From NCBI GenBank assembly GCA_965209055.1, contig OZ242374.1:160001-224000 (forward strand): DNA of 64,000 nucleotides. Reading direction: 5' to 3'. The stretch comes from Acidobacteriota bacterium (lineage in GTDB: Bacteria; Acidobacteriota; UBA6911; RPQK01; JAJDTT01). Position numbers and translations under genes: made by a program. Every line of letters begins with the position of its first letter. Position 1 is the first letter of the stretch. This document shows, piece after piece, positions 49,045 to 58,254 of the stretch. The notes under the pieces were generated by a model, which saw only the letters and a list, made by a program, of their open reading frames with translations, did no database searches and was not told where the DNA came from.

Positions 49045-50904
49045 ATGAAATCGATTTTCAAAATTCTGGTTTTGGGCGTCGTCCCGATCCTCGCGCTCAC
49101 TGCGGTCGTGGATCAGGGTCTCGCCGCCGACAAGGGATCGCAGTTGATCTTCCACAGCAACATGTACCACAAGAACTTCATCTCCGTTGCCAACGCCAAC
49201 GATGGCAAGGCGGTTACGTTGCTGACTCAGTACTACAACGACGAGATGGCAATGGTTCTCTGGTACCTGAGAGTCATTCCCGGCGGCGGAAACCTTTTGG
49301 TCGACCCCTTCGACCATTCGATTCCGGGCACGGCAGAACAAGATGATGACGGTGAGGACATTGCGGGATCGGAAACGAACGTCAGCGATATTCTCGGCGA
49401 ACTCGCCGCAATGAGCCACAAGGATGAGGACGGTACGCAGCACCACGGAGTCAATTCCGGTCGTTTTCTGATCGTCATTACGGCGGTGGGGGCAAACACG
49501 AAAGAAGATCCGGATACTACTGCCACCGAACTCAATGGCGTGACCACGGCGAACATCCTCTTTCCAGGCTTCCTGGCTGCGGACATGCATGCTGTCGACA
49601 ACATCGACAATTGCGGAAATCTTTCGATCGACGGCATGGGGCTCGGGCTCACCCGCCACCCCACGGATAAAGCCTGGGACTGTCGTAAGGATGATCCCAC
49701 CACTACGGGAGTCAATGAAGCCGATGTGACTACCAAAAACGTCGGTGCTTTGTCTGTATCCAACGCCGAACCCGTCGCCTTCAACCACCTTACCGGGCAT
49801 TTCACGGAGGCGCTGGTTGGGACCGCCGAGGGGGGTTCCGATCAGACCGCATCCTGGGGTGGCGCGCCAGTGATCCGGCCAGCTGTTACCAATGCGGCCA
49901 ACGCGGCGATGATAGGCGTCGACTACCAGACTCTGAACGGCATAGACAACGGAGGGACTGCGAACTACTACCATTCCTCTGGCGCTGCTACCGCAATATC
50001 GGTTGATGGCACCGGTCGTCTGGCAGAAAAGGATGCCGGTGGTCAGGGTATAGTTGATATTACGACGGGAGAAGATCGTGCCGACTTTACAGCTCCCTCA
50101 CGTATCGCTGAGCAACCGGACGCTGTCACCAACAGGGGGCTAGCCGGTGTAGGCAATATGAACGCTGCAACGCCACCAGCCCAGCTCGAACACGGGGCCT
50201 TGGTCCTGCCGGCTCTCCACGGAGGAGGAATGGAGACCACACAGGTCGCGATCTTGTTGTCAGTAGCCGACGATTATGGCGACCCGAGAAGAAACGCGGG
50301 TGGCGATTACAAGTTGATCCCCGCCATGACCGGGTACAAGGTGACCGTGCAGGACAATATGGGGGATGTCTTGCCGGATCCTGCTGCCGAGGACGATCCC
50401 GTATTTGGTGGCACGGACTCTGCCGATGCTCCGGCGGGTGTCAGTATCATCGTCAATGGAATCGGTGTCATGGTCAATGCCAACCTTGGCAAGTGCACTG
50501 GAACCATGATCGACGGCGCTTGGACCCTCGACCAATTGACGAGCCTCGTTCCCACGGCGGCTTCGGGCGCCAAGACCTTTGGTGGTGTTGGTGCCATGCT
50601 GGATCCGATGATGAATGCCACTCCCGGCTTGATCAAGTTCGTGCGTACCTCAATGACGTGCAAGATGAACTACGGCGACGGCGACGGCACGACTCTTACA
50701 GGGATTGAGGAGGCGGATGGTGTCCCCACAAAGAGTGAGCGGACCTACACGGCCGGCACGTTGATCAGGGAACAGGCAGACTCGAATCGTACATTCGTTA
50801 CGACGGGACAAGCCGTTTTGAAGTTCATCACGCCGGATTCGACTTTCGGGGCCTCATGGTCACTGAAGTCTCCCGCGGCTACCGCAGCCGACTTCACCCC
50901 CTAG
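49045..50904 (+). CDS. Large secreted/surface hypothetical protein (619 aa)
   Basis: RBS AAGGAG, signal peptide ending GLA-ADKG, acidic and T/A/G/D-rich, atypical codon usage. Confidence 0.85.
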   Translation: MKSIFKILVLGVVPILALTAVVDQGLAADKGSQLIFHSNMYHKNFISVANANDGKAVTLLTQYYNDEMAMVLWYLRVIPGGGNLLVDPFDHSIPGTAEQDDDGEDIAGSETNVSDILGELAAMSHKDEDGTQHHGVNSGRFLIVITAVGANTKEDPDTTATELNGVTTANILFPGFLAADMHAVDNIDNCGNLSIDGMGLGLTRHPTDKAWDCRKDDPTTTGVNEADVTTKNVGALSVSNAEPVAFNHLTGHFTEALVGTAEGGSDQTASWGGAPVIRPAVTNAANAAMIGVDYQTLNGIDNGGTANYYHSSGAATAISVDGTGRLAEKDAGGQGIVDITTGEDRADFTAPSRIAEQPDAVTNRGLAGVGNMNAATPPAQLEHGALVLPALHGGGMETTQVAILLSVADDYGDPRRNAGGDYKLIPAMTGYKVTVQDNMGDVLPDPAAEDDPVFGGTDSADAPAGVSIIVNGIGVMVNANLGKCTGTMIDGAWTLDQLTSLVPTAASGAKTFGGVGAMLDPMMNATPGLIKFVRTSMTCKMNYGDGDGTTLTGIEEADGVPTKSERTYTAGTLIREQADSNRTFVTTGQAVLKFITPDSTFGASWSLKSPAATAADFTP

Positions 50905-50975
50905 GCTGATTCAGCACATCCAAGGACCGTCGCTCTCCTCAACCAAGTGAGATCGACGGATCGGGTGGAAACGAA

Positions 50976-51012
50976 AAGGGGGAGGCCTGCTATCAGGTCT
51001 CCCCCTTCTTTA
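50976..51012 (+). terminator. Intrinsic terminator
   Basis: AAGGGGGAGGCCTG-CTAT-CAGGTCTCCCCCTT stem followed by CTTTATT. Confidence 0.75.
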
Positions 51013-51212
51013 TTCACCATGCTGCAACGAATTCCAGAATGCAGGGGCAGATTTTCAACCATCCTTTCTACCCCCACGTTCTGGAGAAACCCGATGTGGA
51101 GCCCTATCCCGAGCTCTTCGTTACCGGACAGTGACGACGCGCAAGCTCTCTCGGGTTTCCCTGTGGCACCCCTGAAGGGGCCGTATGAATCGGCCCCGCC
51201 GCAGGCCTCATC

Positions 51213-51611
51213 ATGACATTGCCTGAACTCTTCCAAACCTTTCCCGACGAGAAAGCCGCCGAGCAATGGCTCGCCGCCATCCGCTGGCGGGGCCAACTCT
51301 GGTGTCCGGCCTGCGGCTCCGACCGCTGGTACCACCACCGGACCCGGGATCCGCGCCAGGTGGCCATGCGCTACCGGTGCAAGGATTGCAAGGGGTACTT
51401 CAGTGTCCGCAAGGGGACCCACCTGGGGCAGAACAAGACCAAGCTCAGGACCTGGGTATTGGCGATTCACCTCGTCTCCTCCGATATGTCCCTGAGGACA
51501 TCCATGATGACCTTGCATGAGGGATTGGGAATCTCCCGCGTCACGGCCTGGAGGATGGCGAAGAAGATCCGGGAAGCCCTGGCGGCTCCCGGGGGGCCGC
51601 CGCACGGGTGA
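51213..51611 (+). pseudogene. IS1595-family transposase N-terminal fragment
   Basis: FPDEKAA...RW, CPACGS...RYRCKDC..YFSVRKGT zinc ribbon and an HTH; the DDE domain is absent. Confidence 0.85.
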
Positions 51612-51697
51612 CGACGGCGTGTCCCGTGCTTCCAAGGGCGAATTGATGACTTTCGAGAAGGGATTTCGGGTCCGGATGCGTGCCCTGTTTTTACCTC

Positions 51698-51725
51698 GGT
51701 TCCGATATTTCCCGTTAACAGAACC
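51698..51725 (-). other. dif-like site B, inverted partner of site A
   Basis: GGTTCCGATAT-TTCCCG-TTAACAGAACC; 22 of 28 bases match the reverse complement of site A, including the whole spacer. Confidence 0.6.
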
Positions 51726-51876
51726 TTCGGTCCAAATTTTCACGCCGTATGAAATCTAAGGATGCACGAACCCGCTTCGGGTTGCAAGTTTCGTGCAGGT
51801 AGCCGTCCTCAGGGGCTCGTCCGGCAGCCGCAGTGTATCCTAAACGGCATCCTTACTGGAACTTGGGGAGATTGCC

Positions 51877-52425
51877 ATGAATCGAGGACTGCTGTCACTG
51901 ATCGAAGCCGAGTACCAGCGCTACAAGGCTCTCGGCGAGGGAACGTTCCGCCAGTTGAGCGCCGAGGAGCTGGTGACGGACTCCGCGGGGGCCAACTCCA
52001 TTGCGATGATCGTCTGGCACGTCGCCGGCAATCTGGAATCCAGGTTTACGGATTTTTTGACCACGGACGGCGAGAAACCCTGGCGGCAGCGGGATTCCGA
52101 ATTCGAGCCCCGGACGCCATCGCGCGACGAGATCCAGGAGAAGTGGGACCGGGGGTGGCGGGTGCTCTTCGGCTCGTTGCAAGAGCTCACGGATGACGAT
52201 CTGAGCCGTCCCGTGACCATCCGGGGGGTGTCCATGGGCGCCGATGAGGCGCTGCTGCGCTCCGTGGCGCATGCCGCTTATCATGTCGGACAGATCGTCT
52301 ACCTGGGCAAGTGCTTCCGGGGGGATTCCTGGGAATCGCTGAGCATTCCGCCGGGAAAGTCCGAGGAATACAATGCCAATCCGGTATTCGAGAAAGCCGG
52401 CGGGCACGCGAAGAGGTTGTCGTAG
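51877..52425 (+). CDS. DinB-like (DUF1572) protein
   Basis: NSIA.IVWHVAGN.SRFTDFLTTDGEKPWR.RD.EF and HAAYHVGQIVY. Confidence 0.88.
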   Translation: MNRGLLSLIEAEYQRYKALGEGTFRQLSAEELVTDSAGANSIAMIVWHVAGNLESRFTDFLTTDGEKPWRQRDSEFEPRTPSRDEIQEKWDRGWRVLFGSLQELTDDDLSRPVTIRGVSMGADEALLRSVAHAAYHVGQIVYLGKCFRGDSWESLSIPPGKSEEYNANPVFEKAGGHAKRLS

Positions 52426-52487
52426 ACCGGGGTATCCGGCTTTTTGGGAGTGCGGGAACAACAGGGGCAGGAAGGGAGAGGGCAATA

Positions 52488-53150
52488 ATGGACTTTGATG
52501 TCGAAGGAAACCTTGGAGCTGCGGCGCGTTCCGTGTCTTCGCTGGAACGCGACGGACGGCCGGCTCGCGCGGTTACTCTTGCCCGGAGCTACGCGGCGAC
52601 GGCTGCGGACCTTTGGGACGCTGTGGCCAACCCGGAGCGGATTCCACGCTGGTTCCTGCCGGTCAGCGGCGAGCTGGAAGTTGGGGGCCGCTACCAGTTG
52701 GAAGGCAACGCAGGCGGCGTGATCACGGCTTGTGAACCTCCAGTCCATTTCGCGGTGACCTGGGAGTTCGGCGGCGACGTCAGTTGGGTGGAGGCACGCG
52801 TTTCGGACGACGGAGCCGGCCGCGCGCGGCTGACGCTGACGCACATCCAGCATCTCTCGGACCACTGGGACACGTACGGGGCGGGCGCGGTCGGCGTGGG
52901 GTGGGAGTGTGGTCTTTTGGGGCTCGCGATCCATCTCGCGGACCCGGACGAGCCGATGCCTGACCCGGCCGCGTTTGCCGTTTCTCCGGACGGCAAGGCG
53001 TTCATCACGGGCAGCAGCGACGGGTGGGAGCAGGCGGCGGTCGCCTTCGGAACAGACCCCGGCGCCGCCCGTTCCAGGGCAGAGCACACGACCGCGTTTT
53101 ACACTGGTGAACCGCCCGAGTCTGCGGGTTGTGAAAACTCGGGGAATTAG
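52488..53150 (+). CDS. SRPBCC/AHSA1 family protein
   Basis: DLWDAVANPERIPRWFLPVSG, YQLEGNAGG, GAVGVGWE. Confidence 0.85.
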   Translation: MDFDVEGNLGAAARSVSSLERDGRPARAVTLARSYAATAADLWDAVANPERIPRWFLPVSGELEVGGRYQLEGNAGGVITACEPPVHFAVTWEFGGDVSWVEARVSDDGAGRARLTLTHIQHLSDHWDTYGAGAVGVGWECGLLGLAIHLADPDEPMPDPAAFAVSPDGKAFITGSSDGWEQAAVAFGTDPGAARSRAEHTTAFYTGEPPESAGCENSGN

Positions 53151-53160
53151 GACGCCAACC

Positions 53161-53694
53161 ATGAATCTACAGATGCCCGATCTTCGCTATCCCATTGGTA
53201 AATTCTCGCTCAAGGGCGATGTGGTCCCTGACCGGGTCGCCGTCTGGACCGACGACATCGCGGCGCTGCCGGCGGAACTTGGTCGTACGGTCTCGCCTCT
53301 GACCGACCGCCAACTCGACACCCCGTACCGTCCGGGCGGCTGGACCGTCCGGCAAGTGGTCCACCACCTGGCCGACAGCCACATGAACAGCTACATACGG
53401 TTCAAGTTGGCGCTCACGGAAGACCGGCCCGTGATCAAGGCCTACGACGAGAAGAGCTGGGCCGAGCTGCCGGACAGTAAAGAACCGATCGCCCCGTCCC
53501 TCGACCTTCTCGCGTCCCTCCACCGCCGCTGGGCGGACCTGTTGCGCAGCCTGAGCTGGGCGCAGTTGCAGCGGGAGTTCGTGCATCCCGAGTCGGGCGC
53601 CTCCAGGCTGGCGGTCATGGTCGGCGCCTACTCCTGGCACGGCCGGCATCATCTCGCCCACATCCAACGGCTTATGGAACGGGAGGGTTGGTGA
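53161..53694 (+). CDS. bstA: YfiT/BstA family bacillithiol transferase-like (DinB superfamily)
   Basis: DLRYPIGKF, LDTPYRPGGWTVRQVVHHLADSHMNSY, WHGRHHLAHI. Confidence 0.88.
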   Translation: MNLQMPDLRYPIGKFSLKGDVVPDRVAVWTDDIAALPAELGRTVSPLTDRQLDTPYRPGGWTVRQVVHHLADSHMNSYIRFKLALTEDRPVIKAYDEKSWAELPDSKEPIAPSLDLLASLHRRWADLLRSLSWAQLQREFVHPESGASRLAVMVGAYSWHGRHHLAHIQRLMEREGW

Positions 53695-53695
53695 G

Positions 53696-53765
53696 CGGAG
53701 CGGAGCGGCGGTTTCCTAACCGCCGATTCCGCGGACTGAAGAGGGCGACTGGAAATCCGTCGCTC
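53696..53765. repeat. REP pair
   Basis: GGAGCGGCGGTTTCCTAACCGCCG plus a degenerate GGGCGACTGGAAATCCGTCGCTC. Confidence 0.8.
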
Positions 53766-53938
53766 GGTCCCTTTTTAAGAACGGGCTGAGCAAAGGAACG
53801 GACAAATCCGCCTCTAGTGAAGGACAGACGCCGTCCTGGGAAACCGGAAACCGTCCCCGGAGTGGAGAAACGCCCCGACTCCAACTGACCGTAGAATTTA
53901 AGGGGAGACGTTCCCTGACACCCCTTCCTGGTCGGTCA

Positions 53939-55462
53939 TCATGGCACTGGAACCACGGGCAAGGTGGTGAAAATCCGGTTGGTGGCGTCCAGCTCCAGGG
54001 CGATTCCGGCGAACCGTTCCCCTTCGGGAGCGGTGCAACGGACCGACCCGACGAAGTCGGACGTATCGGTCTGGGTGAACAGCTCATGGATGAACTTGGC
54101 CGTCTGACCGTTGCCGGCCAGTGGAATGTCCTCCGTCTCCAATACCGCGCCGTCTTTCATCAATTGGCAACTCACGTCGATCGGGTGCTCTCCCAGGTTC
54201 CGGACTGCGGCTCCGGTGTTGATTCCGCCCGCTTGCCGCCGCGCCGGGAAAATGACGTCGTTGACGGGCGCGCTGGCGCCCACGCCGGCCACGCCCAGAC
54301 CCGGGGCGTCGAACCGAAGGACCCCGCCGATACGGGCCGCTCCGCCCGCGTCCTCGCGGTTTTTATCGCCCGCCATATTAAAGCGCACGATGTCGGAGAA
54401 CACCGTGACCGACCCGGTCACCAGCTCGCCTCGGCCATGGGTCGATATCACGAGTTCGCCCAGAGGCTCCATCCCCGTTCTGGTCGTCAATGATCCGTCC
54501 TCCCGGACTTCCATATCTTCCGTCACGTCTACCACTGATTCGGGGTCGATGAGTTCACCCATTGGATTGTGAAAGTAGATGGCCGGGTAAGTCGCCGAGG
54601 GCTCCACGTTCAGCAGCACCAGGTCCGAAGTGAAGGACCCTCCATTCCCGAAGTGCGCGAAGCTCAGAGACTGTCGAAGATCCATCGTGATGGGATGCAT
54701 GGTGTTGTCCGGTTGAGTCCGCAAGAGCCGGTCGAAGTAAGCGATCCGATTCGGAATCGCCTCCAATGTCTTCCGCTCGTAAGGCCGGGAGACTCGAGCC
54801 GTGCGGTATCGCACAGCCATGTAGGGCAGGAACGACTCGGCGATGTCTTCTCGTTCGGGATGGTCTCGTGCGTAGTTGGAGATGAAGTTGCCATCGGCCG
54901 CCTGGGCGGCGCGCCAATCGTCGGTATCGACAATTCCCATCCAGACCGGGTCCAGGGAAGTATGAGTCCCCTCATGGAACAATTCCTCCTCCAAAAAGCC
55001 CCTCGCAATGGACCGTTCCGCATGATCGGTATGTATGAGAATGGAGTTGTTTCCACCCCCGAGAGGGTGATCCCCTTTGTGGATCCAGACCGCCTCCATA
55101 TTGGTTCGAAGAACGGTTGGCAATTGGCCGATGGCTCTCCCGTATTTGCTTGCTTCCGCCATCGCGGCCGTCGCACTGCCGAACTCTGGATTGACCTGAA
55201 TCTCGGCCGTCAGACCATCATCAAATCGGGCCATGAACAAATAGGCGTCGATCACGATCCAGTCATTGGACCGCCGGTCGAACATCCTCCGCTGTCCCCG
55301 TCCGGCATCCGTCAAGCTCACGAGTGCCGTCGGATCGGATGGGGTGATGATGTCCGGGTCGATCCAGACGGTGCCGGCATAAGGTGGTTCGGCTTGGTCC
55401 TCGCTGAGGGCCTCTCGGCCGAGCGTGAGGATCAGGAACACAGCTAACAGTAGGTTTTTCAT
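53939..55462 (-). CDS. Secreted protein: HExxH zinc-metalloprotease-like domain + C-terminal beta-rich domain
   Basis: Signal peptide; EEELFHEGTH and EDIAESF; the C-domain runs from LSFAHFGNGG to TTLPVVPVP. Confidence 0.7.
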   Translation of the reverse strand: MKNLLLAVFLILTLGREALSEDQAEPPYAGTVWIDPDIITPSDPTALVSLTDAGRGQRRMFDRRSNDWIVIDAYLFMARFDDGLTAEIQVNPEFGSATAAMAEASKYGRAIGQLPTVLRTNMEAVWIHKGDHPLGGGNNSILIHTDHAERSIARGFLEEELFHEGTHTSLDPVWMGIVDTDDWRAAQAADGNFISNYARDHPEREDIAESFLPYMAVRYRTARVSRPYERKTLEAIPNRIAYFDRLLRTQPDNTMHPITMDLRQSLSFAHFGNGGSFTSDLVLLNVEPSATYPAIYFHNPMGELIDPESVVDVTEDMEVREDGSLTTRTGMEPLGELVISTHGRGELVTGSVTVFSDIVRFNMAGDKNREDAGGAARIGGVLRFDAPGLGVAGVGASAPVNDVIFPARRQAGGINTGAAVRNLGEHPIDVSCQLMKDGAVLETEDIPLAGNGQTAKFIHELFTQTDTSDFVGSVRCTAPEGERFAGIALELDATNRIFTTLPVVPVP

Positions 55463-55635
55463 GGAGGAATGGTATTTGTGCTCTTCGTGTTTCGGCAACA
55501 GGCGCTTCACCAGGGTCCCTCTTATGGACGGGACCTCAATAGGAGATCTCCCGAAGTCAGGGTCACCAGCCGTGAAAGGAGTCCGGTCTGGCTGTCTGTT
55601 TTCTCGGCCGGTTGCTGATAGTGCGGCGCCCCCAT

Positions 55636-55881
55636 CTGCTGGACAGTAAAGAACCGATCTCCCCGTCCCTCCACCGCCCCTGGGCGGACCTGTTGCGCAG
55701 CCTGAGCTGGGCGCAATTGCAGCGGGAGTTCGTGCATCCCGGGTCGGGCGCCTCCCGGCTGGCGGTCATGGTCGGCGCCTACTCCTGGCACGGCCGGCAT
55801 CATCTCGCCCACATCCAAAGGCTGCTGGCACGAGAGGGTTGGTGAGCGGAGCGGAGCGGCGGTTTCCTAACCGCCGATTCC
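55636..55881 (+). pseudogene. Duplicated 3' part of the yfiT/bstA gene plus REP
   Basis: Near-identical to 53467-53730 with scattered substitutions and an 18-bp deletion between GTCCCTC repeats. Confidence 0.92.
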
Positions 55882-56015
55882 AGGAAGTGAAGGTGAGTGA
55901 AGAGGGCGATTAGAAATCGCCCCTCCAGCGCCCCTCCTGGTTCTCCCGCGAGCGGGAAGTTAGACTTGCCCGGTTCATTTCAACGGGCTGAACCTGATCC
56001 CGGTGGTGTCTTCTC

Positions 56016-57116
56016 ATGGCTATTCGACCCAAACGACCCGGTTCATTCCGCATCCGCCTGGGGGTCGCCCTCGCGTTGCTGGCGGGCTCCTTGATGTTCG
56101 GTCTTGTGAGTACCGGTCCGCCCGCCACGAACGACCCTCATACTGCGGTCGTTCCCGCCCGGGTCCAGCCCGCCTTTCCGCAACCGATCCGGGGAAAGGC
56201 GGTCCGCTCCAAGGTGATCGAGTTGATGGGGATGGATGCGATCCCCCCGAGGGAGATCCGGTATTCAACCGGGGAGACGACGCGTACCGAAGACGGACTC
56301 CTGAGAACGCCCGTGACCTTCGTCAATTCCTTGGGAGAGACGGTGCCCGGGATCCTCCTCGTTCCCGCCGGGGCAAGTCCCGGATCGCTGGCGGGAGTCG
56401 TCTGCATGCCGGGAACCAGCGGCGACGCCGAACGCTTGACCGAGGAGCGATTCCACCGGGACCAGCCGGACCAGGGACCGCTTCGCGGTTGGGCGCGGGA
56501 GCTGTCGAGACGGGGCTTCGCCACCCTCTCCTTCACCCTGAAGGGGACCGTTGCCCGGCGCCGCAACCTGGACGAGTGGGAGACCGAAGCCAAGCTCCTG
56601 GCCCCCTACGGTCGCCCCCAGATGGGGATCCTGGCGGAAGAAGCCCTGCGGGCGGCCCGGGTCCTGGGTGCGCAAGAACAGGTGGACCAAGCCCGAGTCG
56701 GACTGACCGGATTCTCGCTGGGGTCGTACGCCTCCTGGTGGGCCATGGCGTGCGATCCTTCGATTCGGACCGCGGCCATACTCTGCGGGGGATTGGGCAG
56801 TCTGGCGCGGGACATCCACGAGGGACAGCCGGACCGGCACAGTTCCTGCCACTACATACCGGGACTGCTCCGCCATTTCGACCATCCCGAGATCGTGGCG
56901 GACTGCGTCGCGCCCCGCCCGCTGATGGTGCTGGCTCCGCTGCGGGACCCGGACATGGCGGCGTCCGGAGTGGATCAGCTGGTTGACCTGGTTTCGCCGG
57001 TCTACCGGAAGGCGGGCCGGTCTCATCTGTTCCAGGTCCATCGCCCCGACGACGGCCACGTCTTCCGGGTGGAATACTTCAACTGGATGGCGAAGTGGTT
57101 TGAAGAGCAGCTCTAG
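56016..57116 (+). CDS. Alpha/beta hydrolase (dienelactone hydrolase-like)
   Basis: GFSLG nucleophile, YIPGLLR.FD, APRPL, terminal GH.F. Confidence 0.8.
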   Translation: MAIRPKRPGSFRIRLGVALALLAGSLMFGLVSTGPPATNDPHTAVVPARVQPAFPQPIRGKAVRSKVIELMGMDAIPPREIRYSTGETTRTEDGLLRTPVTFVNSLGETVPGILLVPAGASPGSLAGVVCMPGTSGDAERLTEERFHRDQPDQGPLRGWARELSRRGFATLSFTLKGTVARRRNLDEWETEAKLLAPYGRPQMGILAEEALRAARVLGAQEQVDQARVGLTGFSLGSYASWWAMACDPSIRTAAILCGGLGSLARDIHEGQPDRHSSCHYIPGLLRHFDHPEIVADCVAPRPLMVLAPLRDPDMAASGVDQLVDLVSPVYRKAGRSHLFQVHRPDDGHVFRVEYFNWMAKWFEEQL

Positions 57117-57144
57117 GGAGATCCGAACGGCGGCAAAACCGGGG

Positions 57145-58254
57145 CTGGGAATCCTGGACGAGTATCCCCGGGTGAGGCTGTGCCGCCTGCCCACGCCCTT
57201 GGAGGCGATGCCCAATCTGGGTCGTGCGCTGGTCGGGGCGCGGGTCTACGTCAAGCGGGACGATTGCACCGATCTGGCGTTCGGCGGCAACAAGGTGCGC
57301 CAACTGGAGTTCTACCTGGGCGAGGCGAGGCAACAGGGCGCCGACACGATCCTCATCACCGGCGCCGTCCAGTCCAACTTCGTCCGTCTCGCCGCCGCGG
57401 CCGCCCGCAAATCGGGCATGGACTGCCACATTCAACTGGAGGAGAGGGTCGCCAGGGACGATTCTCTCTATAGGAACTCCGGAAACGTTCTGCTGGACCG
57501 GATCCTGGGGGCGACTCTCTATTCCTATCCCGAGGGCGAAGACGAGGAAGGGGCGGACCGGCGGGTGGCGGAGATCGCCGAGGAGCTGAAGGGGGAGGGA
57601 AGACGTCCTTACATTATCCCCCTCGGTCCGGGGCACCCGCCTCTGGGCGCCCTGGGATATGTCGTGGCGGCGGAGGAGCTGCTGGAGCAGATTGCATCGG
57701 GGCAGCTCTCCATCGATGAGGTGGTGGTGCCCTCCGGGAGCGGCCACACGCATGGCGGGTTGTTGTTCGGGTTGAGAGCGCTGGGTTCGCAGGTGCGGGT
57801 GACCGGGGTTTGCGTTCGCCGGAACGCCGGGCCGCAAAAGGAGCGGATCCGGGACCGCTGCGGCGAGATTGCCGAGTTGCTGGAGACGGCGAACCCGGTG
57901 GCCGACGAGGACATCCGTATTGTCGACGACTTCCTGGCGCCGGGGTACGGGCGGTTGAATCCGCCGACGCTGGAGGCGATCCGGATGGCCGGCGGCCTGG
58001 AGGGGCTGATCCTGGATCCGGTCTACACGGGGAAGACGATGGCGGGGCTGATCCATCGGGCTCGGAATTCCGACCCAGGGCGATCGTTCGTGCTGATGCA
58101 CACCGGCGGGACGCCGGCGATCTTCGCTTATGGTGCGGAACTGACCGCCGAATTGGAGCGCCGGTTTCCAACTGCCGATTCCGATTCGGAGCGGCGGTTT
58201 CCAACCGCCGATTCTTGCGGGGACAAGGATGTCCCCGCGCCTATGGGGGACTGA
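57145..58254 (+). CDS. D-cysteine desulfhydrase / ACC deaminase family PLP enzyme (start uncertain)
   Basis: KRDD, FGGNKVRQLEF, SGSGHT, LDPVYTGK, HTGG. Confidence 0.88.
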   Translation: MGILDEYPRVRLCRLPTPLEAMPNLGRALVGARVYVKRDDCTDLAFGGNKVRQLEFYLGEARQQGADTILITGAVQSNFVRLAAAAARKSGMDCHIQLEERVARDDSLYRNSGNVLLDRILGATLYSYPEGEDEEGADRRVAEIAEELKGEGRRPYIIPLGPGHPPLGALGYVVAAEELLEQIASGQLSIDEVVVPSGSGHTHGGLLFGLRALGSQVRVTGVCVRRNAGPQKERIRDRCGEIAELLETANPVADEDIRIVDDFLAPGYGRLNPPTLEAIRMAGGLEGLILDPVYTGKTMAGLIHRARNSDPGRSFVLMHTGGTPAIFAYGAELTAELERRFPTADSDSERRFPTADSCGDKDVPAPMGD

